From: a virus
Lineage: Duplodnaviria; Heunggongvirae; Uroviricota; Caudoviricetes
IMG/VR virus record: IMGVR_UViG_2917875804_000004
Span: 1-40,868 of that record
Length of the DNA stretch: 40,868 nucleotides
Strand: one strand, 5' to 3'
Shown here piece after piece: positions 17,998-32,274 of the stretch (position 1 is its first letter; every line of letters begins with the position of its first letter). Both the position numbers and the translations under genes were made by a program. Under the pieces are notes generated by a model. That model did no database searches and was not told where the DNA came from. It saw only the letters and a list, made by a program, of their open reading frames with translations.

Positions 17998-18410
17998 AAA
18001 AGTCTTATCATAAGATTTTTGTATATGGATGCATTATGTCTCAATACGCGCGCGCCGCTTTAATTGCTTATTATTTGGTTGCTGATAATTCAATATCCCC
18101 TCGTGATGCATGGGATGCAGCTGTCGCAGAGGTTACAGAAAGCGAATCGTCAAGAAAGAAGATATGCCCAAGGGCAACATTTCTCGCCCTGGCGGATAGC
18201 GGTTATCTGAAGAATGTAAAACCACAGCATGGGGAGAAAAAGATCGGTAAGTTGTACCAAAGGGCAATTGAAGTTGCGAATCTGATTCTTGATTTACCCG
18301 GAATTAGCAAAGCTGAGCTAGTTGATAAAACTTGCTATAAAGACAGGCAAGGGTCTTATGACATTGCTCTAACTCTCGCTCAGCACGGATTACTCCAGCG
18401 TCCTCAATAA
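17985..18410 (+). CDS. Hypothetical protein (141 aa; alternative start at 18035) in the post-lysis accessory slot
   Basis: ORF directly after Rz, followed by its own terminator; no family recognised. Confidence 0.45.
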   Translation: MFILEKSYHKIFVYGCIMSQYARAALIAYYLVADNSISPRDAWDAAVAEVTESESSRKKICPRATFLALADSGYLKNVKPQHGEKKIGKLYQRAIEVANLILDLPGISKAELVDKTCYKDRQGSYDIALTLAQHGLLQRPQ

Positions 18411-18428
18411 GATATTAAGTTATTTATG

Positions 18429-18452
18429 GCCTCGCTTTTAGCGGGGCTTTTT
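18429..18452 (+). terminator. Rho-independent terminator (GCCTCGC-TTTTA-GCGGGGC then T5)
   Basis: 7-bp stem with one G-U pair plus T-run. Confidence 0.45.
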
Positions 18453-18508
18453 CATATCTGAATCTCACCATGCATATCATCACCTGACTGGAACGTCAGG
18501 AGAATTCG

Positions 18509-18760
18509 TTACCGGGATTCGATAAAGGTATTCAAGCCTGACACATTATGCGCTGTATCGTCGCCGTATTCCTGCATTAACCATGACCGTAGCCCGACGG
18601 GGAATTCCTTCTGCGCGAGTGTGTGGGAATAATCAAAAACGATGCACACCGGGTTTTTACCGCGTTTATGATTCGCGGGGTTGTCCCTCATGCTCGCCAG
18701 TCCTGTGCGGGGGTGGAAGAAACAGGACGTGTATTCAGGTCTGTGCGACCGTGGTCGCAC
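18509..18760 (-). CDS. Doubtful ORF (83 aa) in GC-rich cos-proximal region
   Basis: ORF only; R/P/H-rich product, no SD found. Confidence 0.15.
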   Translation of the reverse strand: MRPRSHRPEYTSCFFHPRTGLASMRDNPANHKRGKNPVCIVFDYSHTLAQKEFPVGLRSWLMQEYGDDTAHNVSGLNTFIESR

Positions 18761-18845
18761 GACTTTGGTCGTTCAGATATTAAATCCCATTGCGAAGTAA
18801 ACCCGAATGGCTGGCGGGTCCTTTCCGGCAATCCAGAACGTTACG

Positions 18846-19034
18846 GGGCGGAAGGCGCGCGGATTTTCGCTATTTATGAAAATTTTCCGGTTTAAGGCGT
18901 TTCCGTTCTTCTTCGCCGTAACCTAATGTTTTTATTTAAAACACCCCCTGAAAAGAAAGGAAACGACAGGTGCTGAAAACGGGCTTTTTGGCCTCTGTCG
19001 TTTCCTTTCTCTGTTTTTGTCTGTGGAATGAACA
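18846..19034 (+). promoter_or_regulatory. cos region (cosN and cosB) upstream of nu1; putative 12-nt overhang GGGCGGAAGGCG at 18846-18857
   Basis: Flanks match the remembered lambda cos context (TTACG before, CGCGG-TTTTCGCTATTTATGAAAATTTTCCGG after). Confidence 0.5.
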
Positions 19035-19553
19035 ATGGAAGTCAACAAAAAGCAGCTGGCTGACATTTTCGGCGCGAGTATCCGTACCATTCAGAACTGG
19101 CAGGAGCAGGGAATGCCCGTTCTGCGAGGCGGTGGGAAGGGTAATGAGGTGCTTTATGACTCTGCCGCCGTCATAAATGGTATGCCGAAAGGGATGCTGA
19201 AATTGAGAACGAAAAGCTGCGCCGGGAGGTTGAAGAACTGCGGCAGGCCAGCGAGACAGATCTCCAGCCAGGGACTATTGAGTACGAACGCCATCGACTT
19301 ACGCGTGCGCAGGCCGACGCACAGGAGCTGAAAAATGCCAGAGACTCCGCTGAAGTGGTGGAAACTGCATTCTGTACTTTCGTGCTGTCGCGGATCGCAG
19401 GTGAAATTGCCAGTATTCTCGACGGGATCCCCCTGTCGGTGCAGCGGCGTTTTCCGGAACTGGAAAACCGACATGTTGATTTCCTGAAACGGGATATCAT
19501 CAAAGCCATGAACAAAGCAGCCGCGCTGGATGAACTGATACCGGGGTTGCTGA

Positions 19554-19579
<26 letters not shown>
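19035..19579 (+). pseudogene. nu1: Terminase small subunit Nu1; frame broken at AAA run 19175-19177
   Basis: ORFs 19035-19331 and 19355-19579 are the N- and C-terminal parts of lambda Nu1; remembered lambda sequence has GTCATAAAATGG where this window has GTCATAAATGG. Confidence 0.85.
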
Positions 19580-23261
<3,682 letters not shown>

Positions 23262-23281
<20 letters not shown>

Positions 23282-24581
23282 TCTCCCGCATATTGCCAGC
23301 ATGGCCTTTAATGAGCCGCTGATGCTTGAACCCGCCTATGCGCGGGTTTTCTTTTGTGCGCTTGCAGGCCAGCTTGGGATCAGCCGCCTGACGGATGCGG
23401 TGTCCGGCGACAGCCTGACTGCCCAGGAGGCACTCGCGACGCTGGCATTATCCGGTGATGATGACGGACCACGACAGGCCCGCAGTTATCAGGTCATGAA
23501 CGGCATCGCCGTGCTGCCGGTGTCCGGCACGCTGGTCAGCCGGACGCGGGCGCTGCAGCCGTACTCGGGGATGACCGGTTACAACGGCATTATCGCCCGT
23601 CTGCAACAGGCTGCCAGCGACCCGATGGTGGACGGCATTCTGCTCGATATGGACACGCCAGGCGGAATGGTGGCGGGAGCATTTGACTGCGCTGACATCA
23701 TCGCCCGTGTGCGTGACATAAAACCGGTATGGGCGCTGGCCAACGACATGAACTGCAGTGCAGGTCAGCTGCTTGCCAGTGCTGCCTCCCGGCGTCTGGT
23801 CACGCAGACCGCCCGGACAGGCTCCATCGGCGTCATGATGGCTCACAGTAATTACGGCGCTGCGCTGGAGAAACAGGGTGTGGAAATCACGCTGATTTAC
23901 AGCGGCAGCCATAAGGTGGATGGCAACCCCTACAGCCATCTTCCGGATGATGTCCGGGAGACACTGCAGTCCCGGATGGACGCAACCCGCCAGATGTTTG
24001 CACAGAAGGTGTCGGCATATACCGGCCTGTCTGTGCAGGCTGTGCTGGATACCGAGGCTGCAGTGTACAGCGGTCAGGAGGCCATTGATGCCGGACTGGC
24101 TGATGAACTTGTTAACAGCACCGATGCGATCACCGTCATGCGTGATGCACTGGATGCACGTAAATCCCGTCTCTCAGGAGGGCGAATGACCAAAGAGACT
24201 CAATCAACAACTGTTTCAGCCACTGCTTCGCAGGCTGACGTTACTGAGGTGGTGCCAGCGACGGAGGGCGAAAACGCCAGCGCGGCGCAGCCGGACGTGA
24301 ACGCGCAGATCACCGCAGCGGTTGCGGCAGAAAACAGCCGCATTATGGGGATCCTCAACTGTGAGGAGGCTCACGGACGCGAAGAACAGGCACGCGTGCT
24401 GGCAGAAACCCCCGGTATGACCGTGGAAACGGCCCGCCGCATTCTGGCCGCAGCACCACAGAGTGCACAGGCGCGCAGTGACACTGCGCTGGATCGTCTG
24501 ATGCAGGGTGCACCGGCACCGCTGGCTGCAGGTAACCCGGCATCTGATGCCGTTAACGATTTGCTGAACACACCAGTGTAA
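23262..24581 (+). CDS. C: Capsid assembly protease C (scaffold Nu3 nested in the same frame)
   Basis: GTG start with GGAGGAG SD; 439-aa product matching lambda gpC by memory. Confidence 0.85.
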
Positions 24582-24590
24582 GGGATGTTT

Positions 24591-24923
24591 ATGACGAGCA
24601 AAGAAACCTTTACCCATTACCAGCCGCTGGGCAACAGTGATCCGGCTCATACCGCAACCGCGCCAGGCGGATTGAGTGCGAAAGCGCCTGCAATGACCCC
24701 GCTGATGCTGGACACATCCACCCGTAAGCTGGTTGCGTGGGATGGCACCACCGACGGTGCTGCTGTCGGCATTCTTGCTGTTGCTGCTGACCAGACCAGC
24801 ACCACGCTGACGTTCTACAAGTCCGGCACGTTCCGTTATGAGGATGTGCTCTGGCCGGAGGCTGCCAGCGACGAGACGAAAAAACGGACCACGTTTGCCG
24901 GAACGGCAATCAGCATCGTTTAA
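24591..24923 (+). CDS. D: Head decoration protein D
   Basis: 110-aa product matching lambda gpD by memory. Confidence 0.9.
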   Translation: MTSKETFTHYQPLGNSDPAHTATAPGGLSAKAPAMTPLMLDTSTRKLVAWDGTTDGAAVGILAVAADQTSTTLTFYKSGTFRYEDVLWPEAASDETKKRTTFAGTAISIV

Positions 24924-24943
24924 CTTTACCCTTCATCACTAAA

Positions 24944-24965
24944 GGCCGCCTGTGCGGCTTTTTTT
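24944..24965 (+). terminator. Hairpin (GCCGC-CTGT-GCGGC then T7) between D and E
   Basis: Stem-loop plus T-run; may act as an attenuator within the late operon. Confidence 0.4.
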
Positions 24966-24979
24966 ACGGGATTTTTTTT

Positions 24980-26005
24980 ATGTCGATGTACACAACCGCC
25001 CAGCTGCTGGCGGCAAATGAGCAGAAATTTAAGTTTGATCCGCTGTTTCTGCGTCTCTTTTTCCGTGAAAGCTATCCCTTCACCACGGAGAAAGTCTATC
25101 TCTCACAAATTCCGGGACTGGTAAACATGGCGCTGTACGTTTCGCCGATTGTTTCCGGTGAGGTTATCCGCTCCCGTGGCGGCTCCACCTCTGAATTTAC
25201 GCCGGGATATGTCAAACCCAAGCATGAGGTGAATCCGCAGATGACCCTGCGTCGCCTGCCGGATGAAGATCCGCAGAATCTGGCGGACCCGGCTTACCGC
25301 CGCCGTCGCATCATTATGCAGAACATGCGTGACGAAGAGCTGGCCATTGCCCAGGTCGAAGAGATGCAGGCAGTTTCTGCCGTGCTTAAGGGCAAATACA
25401 CCATGACCGGTGAAGCCTTCGATCCGGTTGAGGTGGATATGGGCCGCAGTGCGGCGAACAACATCACGCAGTCCGGCGGCACGGAGTGGAGCAAGCGCGA
25501 CAAGTCCACGTATGACCCGACCGACGATATCGAAGCCTACGCGCTGAACGCCAGCGGCGTGGTGAATATCATCGTGTTTGACCCGAAAGGCTGGGCGCTG
25601 TTCCGTTCCTTCAAAGCCGTCAAGGAGAAGCTGGATACCCGTCGCGGCTCTCATTCCGAACTGGAGACAGCGGTAAAAGACCTGGGCAAAGCGGTGTCTT
25701 ATAAGGGAATGTATGGCGATGTGGCCATCGTCGTGTATTCCGGGCAGTACGTGGAAAACGGTGTCAAAAAGAACTTCCTGCCGGACAACACGATGGTGCT
25801 GGGGAACACTCAGGCACGCGGTCTGCGCACCTATGGTTGCATTCAGGATGCGGACGCACAGCGCGAAGGCATTAACGCCTCTGCCCGTTACCCGAAAAAC
25901 TGGGTGACCACCGGCGATCCGGCACGTGAGTTCACCATGATTCAGTCAGCACCGCTGATGCTGTTGGCTGACCCTGATGAGTTCGTGTCCGTACAACTGG
26001 CGTAA
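24980..26005 (+). CDS. E: Major capsid protein E
   Basis: 341-aa product matching lambda gpE by memory. Confidence 0.95.
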   Translation: MSMYTTAQLLAANEQKFKFDPLFLRLFFRESYPFTTEKVYLSQIPGLVNMALYVSPIVSGEVIRSRGGSTSEFTPGYVKPKHEVNPQMTLRRLPDEDPQNLADPAYRRRRIIMQNMRDEELAIAQVEEMQAVSAVLKGKYTMTGEAFDPVEVDMGRSAANNITQSGGTEWSKRDKSTYDPTDDIEAYALNASGVVNIIVFDPKGWALFRSFKAVKEKLDTRRGSHSELETAVKDLGKAVSYKGMYGDVAIVVYSGQYVENGVKKNFLPDNTMVLGNTQARGLRTYGCIQDADAQREGINASARYPKNWVTTGDPAREFTMIQSAPLMLLADPDEFVSVQLA

Positions 26006-26046
26006 TCATGGCCCTTCGGGGCCATTTTCTCTCTGTGGAGGAGTTC

Positions 26047-26445
26047 ATGACGAAAGATGAACTGATTGCCCGTCTCCGCTCGCTGGGTGAACAACTGAAC
26101 CGTGATATCAGCCTGACAGGAACGAAAGAAGAACTGGCGCTCCGTGTGGCAGAGCTGGAAGAGGAGCTTGATGATACGGATGACACTGCCGGTCAGGCCA
26201 CCCCTCTCAGCCCGGAAAATGTGCTGACCGGGCATGAAAATGAGGTGGTATCAGCGCAGCCGGATACCGTGATTCAGGATACGGCTGAACTGGTCACGGT
26301 CGTGGCAATGGTGACGCTGCATACTGATGCACTTCACGCCACGCGGGATGAACCTGTGGCATTTGTGCTGCCGGGAACGGCGTTTCGTGTTTCTGCCGGT
26401 GTGGCAGTCGAAATGACAGAACGTAGCCTGGCCAGAATGCAATAA
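26047..26445 (+). CDS. FI: DNA packaging protein FI
   Basis: GGAGG SD; product from MTKDELIARL matches lambda FI by memory. Confidence 0.85.
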   Translation: MTKDELIARLRSLGEQLNRDISLTGTKEELALRVAELEEELDDTDDTAGQATPLSPENVLTGHENEVVSAQPDTVIQDTAELVTVVAMVTLHTDALHATRDEPVAFVLPGTAFRVSAGVAVEMTERSLARMQ

Positions 26446-26456
26446 CGGGAGGCGCT

Positions 26457-26810
26457 GTGGCTGATTTCGATAACCTGTTCGATGCTGCCATTGCCCGCGC
26501 CGATGAAACGATACGCGGGTACATGGGAACGTCAGCCACCATTACATCCGGTGAGCAATCCGGCGTAGTAATACGTGGTGTTTTTGATGACCCTGAAAAT
26601 ATCAGCTATGCCGGACAGGGCGTGCGCGTTGAAGGCTCCAGCCCGTCCCTGTTTGTCCGGACTGATGATGTGCGGCAGCTGCGGCGTGGAGACACGCTGA
26701 CCATCGGTGAGGAAAACTTCTGGGTAGATCGGGTTACGCCGGATGATGGCGGAAGCTGTCATCTCTGGCTTGGGCGGGGCGTACCGCCTGCCGTTAACCG
26801 TCGCCGCTGA
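26457..26810 (+). CDS. FII: Head-tail connector protein FII
   Basis: GTG start with GGAGG SD; 117 aa. Confidence 0.85.
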   Translation: MADFDNLFDAAIARADETIRGYMGTSATITSGEQSGVVIRGVFDDPENISYAGQGVRVEGSSPSLFVRTDDVRQLRRGDTLTIGEENFWVDRVTPDDGGSCHLWLGRGVPPAVNRRR

Positions 26811-26821
26811 AAGGGGGATGT

Positions 26822-27400
26822 ATGGCCATAAAAGGTCTTGAGCAGGCCGTTGAAAACCTCAGCCGTATCAGCAAAACGGCGGTGCCTGGTGCCGCCGCAA
26901 TGGCCATTAACCGCGTTGCTTCATCCGCGATATCGCAGTCGGCGTCACAGGTTGCCCGTGAGACAAAGGTACGCCGGAAACTGGTAAAGGAAAGGGCCAG
27001 GCTGAAAAGGGCCACGGTCAAAAATCCGCAGGCCAGAATCAAAGTTAACCGGGGGGATTTGCCCGTAATCAGGCTGGGTAACGCACGGGTTGTCCTGTCC
27101 CGCCGCAGGCGTCGTAAAAAGGGGCAGCATTCATCCCTGAAAGGTGGCGGCAGCGTGCTTGTGGTGGGTAACCGTCGTATTCCCGGCGCGTTTATTCAGC
27201 AACTGAAAAATGGCCGGTGGCATGTCATGCAGCGTGTGGCCGGGAAAAACCGTTACCCCATTGATGTGGTGAAAATTCCGATGGCGGTGCCACTTACCAC
27301 GGCGTTTAAACAGAATATTGAACGGATACGGCGTGAGCGTCTTCCGAAAGAGCTGGGCTATGCGCTGCAGCATCAACTGAGAATGGTAATAAAGCGATGA
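26822..27400 (+). CDS. Z: Tail completion protein Z
   Basis: 192 aa, lambda Z-like by memory. Confidence 0.9.
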   Translation: MAIKGLEQAVENLSRISKTAVPGAAAMAINRVASSAISQSASQVARETKVRRKLVKERARLKRATVKNPQARIKVNRGDLPVIRLGNARVVLSRRRRRKKGQHSSLKGGGSVLVVGNRRIPGAFIQQLKNGRWHVMQRVAGKNRYPIDVVKIPMAVPLTTAFKQNIERIRRERLPKELGYALQHQLRMVIKR

Positions 27401-27792
27401 AACATACTGAACTCCGTGCAGCCGTACTGGATGCACTGGAGAAGCATGACACCGGTGCGACGCTTTTTGATGGTCGCCCCGCTGTTTTTGATGAGGAAGA
27501 TTTTCCGGCAATTGCCGTTTATCTCACCGGCGCTGAATACACGGGCGAAGAGCTGGACAGCGATACCTGGCAGGCGGAGCTGCATATTGAAGTTTTCCTG
27601 CCTGCTCAGGTGCCGGATTCAGAGCTGGATTCGTGGATGGAGTCCCGGATTTATCCGGTGATGAGCGATATCCCGGCACTGTCAGATTTGATCACCAGTA
27701 TGGTGGCCAGTGGCTATGACTACCGGCGCGACGATGATGCGGGCCTGTGGAGTTCAGCCGATCTGACTTATGTCATTACCTATGAAATGTGA
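27397..27792 (+). CDS. U: Tail terminator protein U
   Basis: 131 aa, lambda U-like by memory. Confidence 0.9.
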   Translation: MKHTELRAAVLDALEKHDTGATLFDGRPAVFDEEDFPAIAVYLTGAEYTGEELDSDTWQAELHIEVFLPAQVPDSELDSWMESRIYPVMSDIPALSDLITSMVASGYDYRRDDDAGLWSSADLTYVITYEM

Positions 27793-27799
27793 GGACGAT

Positions 27800-28540
27800 A
27801 TGCCTGTACCAAATCCAGTAATGCCGGTGAAAGGTGCCGGGACCACACTGTGGGTTTATAAGGGGAACGGTGACCCTTATGCGAACCCGCTTTCAGACGT
27901 TGACTGGTCGCGTCTGGCAAAAGTTAAAGACCTGACACCCGGCGAACTGACCGCTGAGTCCTATGACGACAGCTATCTCGATGATGAAGATGCGGACTGG
28001 ACTGCGACCGGGCAGGGGCAGAAATCTGCCGGAGATACCAGCTTCACGCTGGCGTGGATGCCCGGAGAGCAGGGGCAGCAGGCGCTGCTGGCGTGGTTTA
28101 ATGAAGGTGATACCCGTGCCTATAAAATCCGCTTCCCGAACGGCACGGTCGATGTGTTCCGTGGCTGGGTCAGCAGTATCGGTAAGGCGGTGACGGCGAA
28201 GGAAGTGATCACCCGCACGGTGAAGGTCACCAATGTGGGACGCCCGTCGATGGCTGAAGATCGCAGCACAGTAACAGCGGCAACCGGCATGACGGTAACG
28301 CCAGCCAGTGCTTCCGTAGTGAAAGGGCAGAGCACCACGCTGACCGTGGCATTCCAGCCGGAAGGCGTAACCGACAAGAGCTTCCGTGCGGTGTCTGCGG
28401 ATAAAACAAAAGCCACCGTGTCGGTCAGTGGTATGACCATCACCGTGAACGGCGTTGCTGCAGGCAAGGTCAACATTCCGGTTGTATCCGGTAATGGTGA
28501 GTTTGCTGCGGTTGCAGAAATCACCGTCACCGCCAGTTAA
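27800..28540 (+). CDS. V: Major tail protein V
   Basis: Product from [16 protein letters not shown] matches lambda gpV by memory, including the C-terminal Ig-like domain. Confidence 0.9.
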   Translation: MPVPNPVMPVKGAGTTLWVYKGNGDPYANPLSDVDWSRLAKVKDLTPGELTAESYDDSYLDDEDADWTATGQGQKSAGDTSFTLAWMPGEQGQQALLAWFNEGDTRAYKIRFPNGTVDVFRGWVSSIGKAVTAKEVITRTVKVTNVGRPSMAEDRSTVTAATGMTVTPASASVVKGQSTTLTVAFQPEGVTDKSFRAVSADKTKATVSVSGMTITVNGVAAGKVNIPVVSGNGEFAAVAEITVTAS

Positions 28541-28555
28541 TCCGGAGAGTCAGCG

Positions 28556-28978
28556 ATGTTCCTGAAAACCGAATCATTTGAATATAACGGCGTGACCGTC
28601 ACGCTTTCTGAACTGTCAGCCCTGCAGCGTATTGAGCATCTCGCCTGGTTGAAAGAGCAGGAAAAAAAGGCTGAATCCAGTGGTAACCTGCAGGTGTCTG
28701 TAGAGGATCTTATCAGAGGCGGGGCGTTTCTGGTGGCGATGTCTCTGTGGCATAACCATCCGCAGAAGACAAAGCTGCCGTCCATGAATGAAGCCATTAC
28801 GCAGATTGAGCAGGAAGTGCTTACCACCTGGCCCACGGAGGCAATTGCTCAGGCTGAAAACGTGGTGTTACGTCTGTCCGGAATGTCTGAGTTTGTGGTG
28901 AATAATGCCCCTGAACAGGCAGATGACGCCGGGCCTGCAGAGCCTGTTTCTGCGGGAAAGTGTTCGACGGTGAGCTGA
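28556..28978 (+). CDS. G: Tail assembly chaperone G
   Basis: 140 aa, lambda G-like by memory. Confidence 0.9.
   Translation: MFLKTESFEYNGVTVTLSELSALQRIEHLAWLKEQEKKAESSGNLQVSVEDLIRGGAFLVAMSLWHNHPQKTKLPSMNEAITQIEQEVLTTWPTEAIAQAENVVLRLSGMSEFVVNNAPEQADDAGPAEPVSAGKCSTVS
28954..28960 (+). promoter_or_regulatory. Programmed -1 ribosomal frameshift slippery heptamer G GGA AAG (G to G-T)
   Basis: Heptamer sits at the G/T overlap exactly as in lambda. Confidence 0.7.
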
Positions 28979-29394
28979 GTTTTGCCCTGAAACTGGCGCG
29001 TGAGATGGGGCGACCCGACTGGCGCGCCATGCTTGCCGGGATGTCATCCACGGAGTATGCCGACTGGCACCGCTTTTACAGTACCCATTATTTTCATGAT
29101 GTTCTGCTGGATATGCACTTTTCCGGGCTGACGTACACCGTGCTCAGCCTGTTTTTCAGCGATCCGGAGATGCATCCGCTGGATTTCAGTCTGCTTAACC
29201 GGCGCGAGGCTGACGAAGAGCCTGAAGATGATGTGCTGATGCAGAAAGCGGCAGGGCTTGCCGGAGGCGTTCGTTTTGGCCCGGACGGGAATGAAGTTAT
29301 CCCCGTTTCCCCGGATGTGGCGGACATGACGGAGGATGACGTAATGCTGATGACAGTATCAGAAGGGATCGCAGGAGGAGTCCGGTATGGCTGA
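28960..29394 (+). CDS. T: Tail assembly protein T, expressed as G-T fusion by -1 frameshift
   Basis: -1 frame ORF continuing from the slippery site; lambda T-like product. Confidence 0.8.
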   Translation: MFDGELSFALKLAREMGRPDWRAMLAGMSSTEYADWHRFYSTHYFHDVLLDMHFSGLTYTVLSLFFSDPEMHPLDFSLLNRREADEEPEDDVLMQKAAGLAGGVRFGPDGNEVIPVSPDVADMTEDDVMLMTVSEGIAGGVRYG

Positions 29395-31948
29395 ACCGGT
29401 AGGCGATCTGGTCGTTGATTTAAGTCTGGATGCGGCCAGATTTGACGAGCAGATGGCCAGAGTCAGGCGTCATTTTTCCGGTACGGAAAGTGATGCGAAA
29501 AAAACAGCGGCAGTCGTTGAACAGTCAATGAACCGGCAGGCGCTGGCTGCACAGAAAGCGGGGATTTCCGTCGGACAGTATAAAGCCGCCATGCGTATGC
29601 TTCCTGCACAGTTCACCGACGTGGCCACGCAGCTTGCAGGCGGGCAAAGTCCGTGGCTGATCCTGCTGCAACAGGGTGGTCAGGTTAAGGACTCCTTCGG
29701 CGGGATGATCCCCATGTTCAGGGGGCTTGCCGGTGCGATCACCCTGCCGATGGTCGGGGCCACCTCGCTGGCAGTGGCGACCGGTGCGCTGGCGTATGCC
29801 TGGTATCAGGGCAACTCAACCCTGTCTGAGTTCAACAAAACGCTGGTCCTTTCCGGTCATCAGTCAGGTCTGACGGCAGATCGTATGCTGGTCCTGTCCA
29901 GAGCCGGGCAGGCGGCAGGGCTGACGTTTAACCAGACCAGCGAGTCACTCAGTGCACTGGTTAAGGCGGGGGTAAGCGGTGAGGCTCAGATTGCGTCCAT
30001 CAGCCAGAGTGTGGCGCGTTTCTCCTCTGCATCCGGCGTGGAGGTGGACAAGGTCGCTGAAGCCTTCGGGAAGCTGACCACTGACCCGACGTCGGGGCTG
30101 ACGGCGATGGCGCGCCAGTTCCATAACGTGACGGCGGAGCAGATTGCGTATGTTGCTCAGTTGCAGCGTTCCGGCGATGAAGCCGGGGCATTGCAGGCGG
30201 CGAACGAGGCCGCAACGAAAGGGTTTGATGACCAGACCCGACGCCTGAAAGAGAACATGGGCACGCTGGAAACCTGGGCAGACAGGACAGCACGGGCATT
30301 CAAATCCATGTGGGATGCGGTGCTGGATATTGGTCGTCCTGATACCGCTCAGGAGATGCTGATTAAGGCAGAGGCTGCGTTTAAGAAAGCGGACGACATC
30401 TGGAATCTGCGCAAGGATGATTATTTTGTTAACGATGAAGCGCGGGCGCGTTACTGGGATGATCGTGAAAAGGCCCGTCTTGCGCTTGAAGCCGCCCGAA
30501 AGAAGGCTGAACAGCAGAGTCAACAGGACAAAAATGCGCAGCAGCAGAGCGATACCGAAGCGTCACGGCTGAAATATACCGAAGAGGCGCAGAAGGCTTA
30601 CGAACGGCTGCAGACGCCGCTGGAGAAATATACCGCCCGTCAGGAAGAACTGAACAAGGCACTGAAAGACGGGAAAATCCTGCAGGCAGATTACAACACG
30701 CTGATGGCGGCGGCGAAAAAGGATTATGAAGCGACGCTGAAAAAGCCGAAACAGTCCGGCGTGAAGGTGTCTGCGGGCGATCGTCAGGAAGACAATGCTC
30801 ATGCTGCCCTGCTGACGCTTCAGGCAGAACTCCGGACACTGGAGAAGCATGCCGGAGCGAATGAGAAAATCAGCCAGCAGCGCCGGGATTTGTGGAAGGC
30901 AGAAAGTCAGTTCGCGGTACTGGAGGAGGCGGCACAACGTCGCCAGCTGTCCGCACAGGAGAAATCCCTGCTGGCGCATAAAGACGAGACGCTGGAGTAC
31001 AAACGCCAGCTGGCTGCACTTGGCGATAAGGTCACGTATCAGGAGCACCTGAATGCGCTGGCGCAGCAGGCGGATAAATTCGCACAGCAACAACGGGCAA
31101 AACGGGCAGCCATTGATGCGAAAAACCGGGGGCTGACTGACCGGCAGGCAGCGCGGGACGCCACGGAACAGCGTCTGAAGGAACAGTATGGCGATAATCC
31201 GCTGGCGCTGAATAACGTCATGTCAGAGCAGAAAAAGACCTGGGCAGCTGAAGACCAGCTTCGCGGGAGCTGGATGGCAGGCCTCAAGTCAGGCTGGAGT
31301 GAGTGGGAAGAGAGCGCCACGGACAGTATGTCGCAGGTTAAAAGTGCAGCCACGCAGACCTTTGATGGTATTGCACAGAATATGGCGGCGATGCTGACCG
31401 GCAGTGAACAGAACTGGCGCAGCTTCACCCGATCCGTGCTGTCCATGATGACAGAAATTCTGCTTAAGCAGGCAATGGTGGGGATTGTCGGGAGTATCGG
31501 CAGCACCATTGGCGGTGCTACCGGTGGCGGGGCATCAGCGTCAGGTGGTACAGCCATTCAGGCCGCTGCGGCGAAATTCCATTTTGCGACCGGAGGATTT
31601 ACGGGCTTCGGCGGCAAATATGAGCCAGCGGGGATTGTTCACCGTGGTGAATTTGTCTTCACGAAGGAGGCAACCAGCCGGATTGGCGTGGGGAATCTTT
31701 ACCGGCTGATGCGCGGCTATGCCACCGGCGGTTATGTCGGTACACCGGGCAGTCTGGCTGACAGCCGGTCGCAGGTGTCCGGGAAGTTTGAGCAGAATAA
31801 CCATGTGGTGATTAATAACGACGGCACGAACGGTCAGATAGGGCCACAGGCGCTGAAGGCTGTTTATGACGTAGCCCGTAAGGCGGCAATGGATGTCGTG
31901 ACCGGGCAGATGCGTGATGGTGGTCTGTTCTCCGGAGGTGGGCGATGA
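29387..31948 (+). CDS. H: Tail tape measure protein H
   Basis: 853 aa, lambda gpH-like by memory. Confidence 0.9.
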   Translation: MAEPVGDLVVDLSLDAARFDEQMARVRRHFSGTESDAKKTAAVVEQSMNRQALAAQKAGISVGQYKAAMRMLPAQFTDVATQLAGGQSPWLILLQQGGQVKDSFGGMIPMFRGLAGAITLPMVGATSLAVATGALAYAWYQGNSTLSEFNKTLVLSGHQSGLTADRMLVLSRAGQAAGLTFNQTSESLSALVKAGVSGEAQIASISQSVARFSSASGVEVDKVAEAFGKLTTDPTSGLTAMARQFHNVTAEQIAYVAQLQRSGDEAGALQAANEAATKGFDDQTRRLKENMGTLETWADRTARAFKSMWDAVLDIGRPDTAQEMLIKAEAAFKKADDIWNLRKDDYFVNDEARARYWDDREKARLALEAARKKAEQQSQQDKNAQQQSDTEASRLKYTEEAQKAYERLQTPLEKYTARQEELNKALKDGKILQADYNTLMAAAKKDYEATLKKPKQSGVKVSAGDRQEDNAHAALLTLQAELRTLEKHAGANEKISQQRRDLWKAESQFAVLEEAAQRRQLSAQEKSLLAHKDETLEYKRQLAALGDKVTYQEHLNALAQQADKFAQQQRAKRAAIDAKNRGLTDRQAARDATEQRLKEQYGDNPLALNNVMSEQKKTWAAEDQLRGSWMAGLKSGWSEWEESATDSMSQVKSAATQTFDGIAQNMAAMLTGSEQNWRSFTRSVLSMMTEILLKQAMVGIVGSIGSTIGGATGGGASASGGTAIQAAAAKFHFATGGFTGFGGKYEPAGIVHRGEFVFTKEATSRIGVGNLYRLMRGYATGGYVGTPGSLADSRSQVSGKFEQNNHVVINNDGTNGQIGPQALKAVYDVARKAAMDVVTGQMRDGGLFSGGGR

Positions 31949-32274
31949 AAACCTTCCGCTGGAAAGTGAAACCGGGTATGGATGTGGCTTCGGCTCCTTC
32001 CGTCAGGGAGGTGCGCTTTGGTGATGGTTACTCCCAGCGCGCGCCTGCCGGGCTGAATGCCAACCTGAAAACGTACAACGTGACGATTTCTGTTCCCCGT
32101 TGGGAGGCCACGGCGCTGGAATCGTTTCTGGCAGAGCACGGAGGCTGGAAAGCCTTTCTGTGGACGCCGCCTTATGACTGGCGGCAGATAAAGGTGACCT
32201 GCGCAAAATGGACGTCGCGGGTCAGTATGCTGCGTGTTGAGTTCAGCGCAGAGTTTAAGCAGGTGGTGAACTGA
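31945..32274 (+). CDS. M: Tail tip protein M
   Basis: 109 aa, lambda M-like by memory. Confidence 0.9.
   Translation: MKTFRWKVKPGMDVASAPSVREVRFGDGYSQRAPAGLNANLKTYNVTISVPRWEATALESFLAEHGGWKAFLWTPPYDWRQIKVTCAKWTSRVSMLRVEFSAEFKQVVN

Noticed and set aside
18743-18760. Perfect palindrome GTGCGAC-CGTG-GTCGCAC near the doubtful ORF 18509-18760
   Set aside because: No T-run or recognisable binding-site context; lies in the non-coding cos-proximal region.
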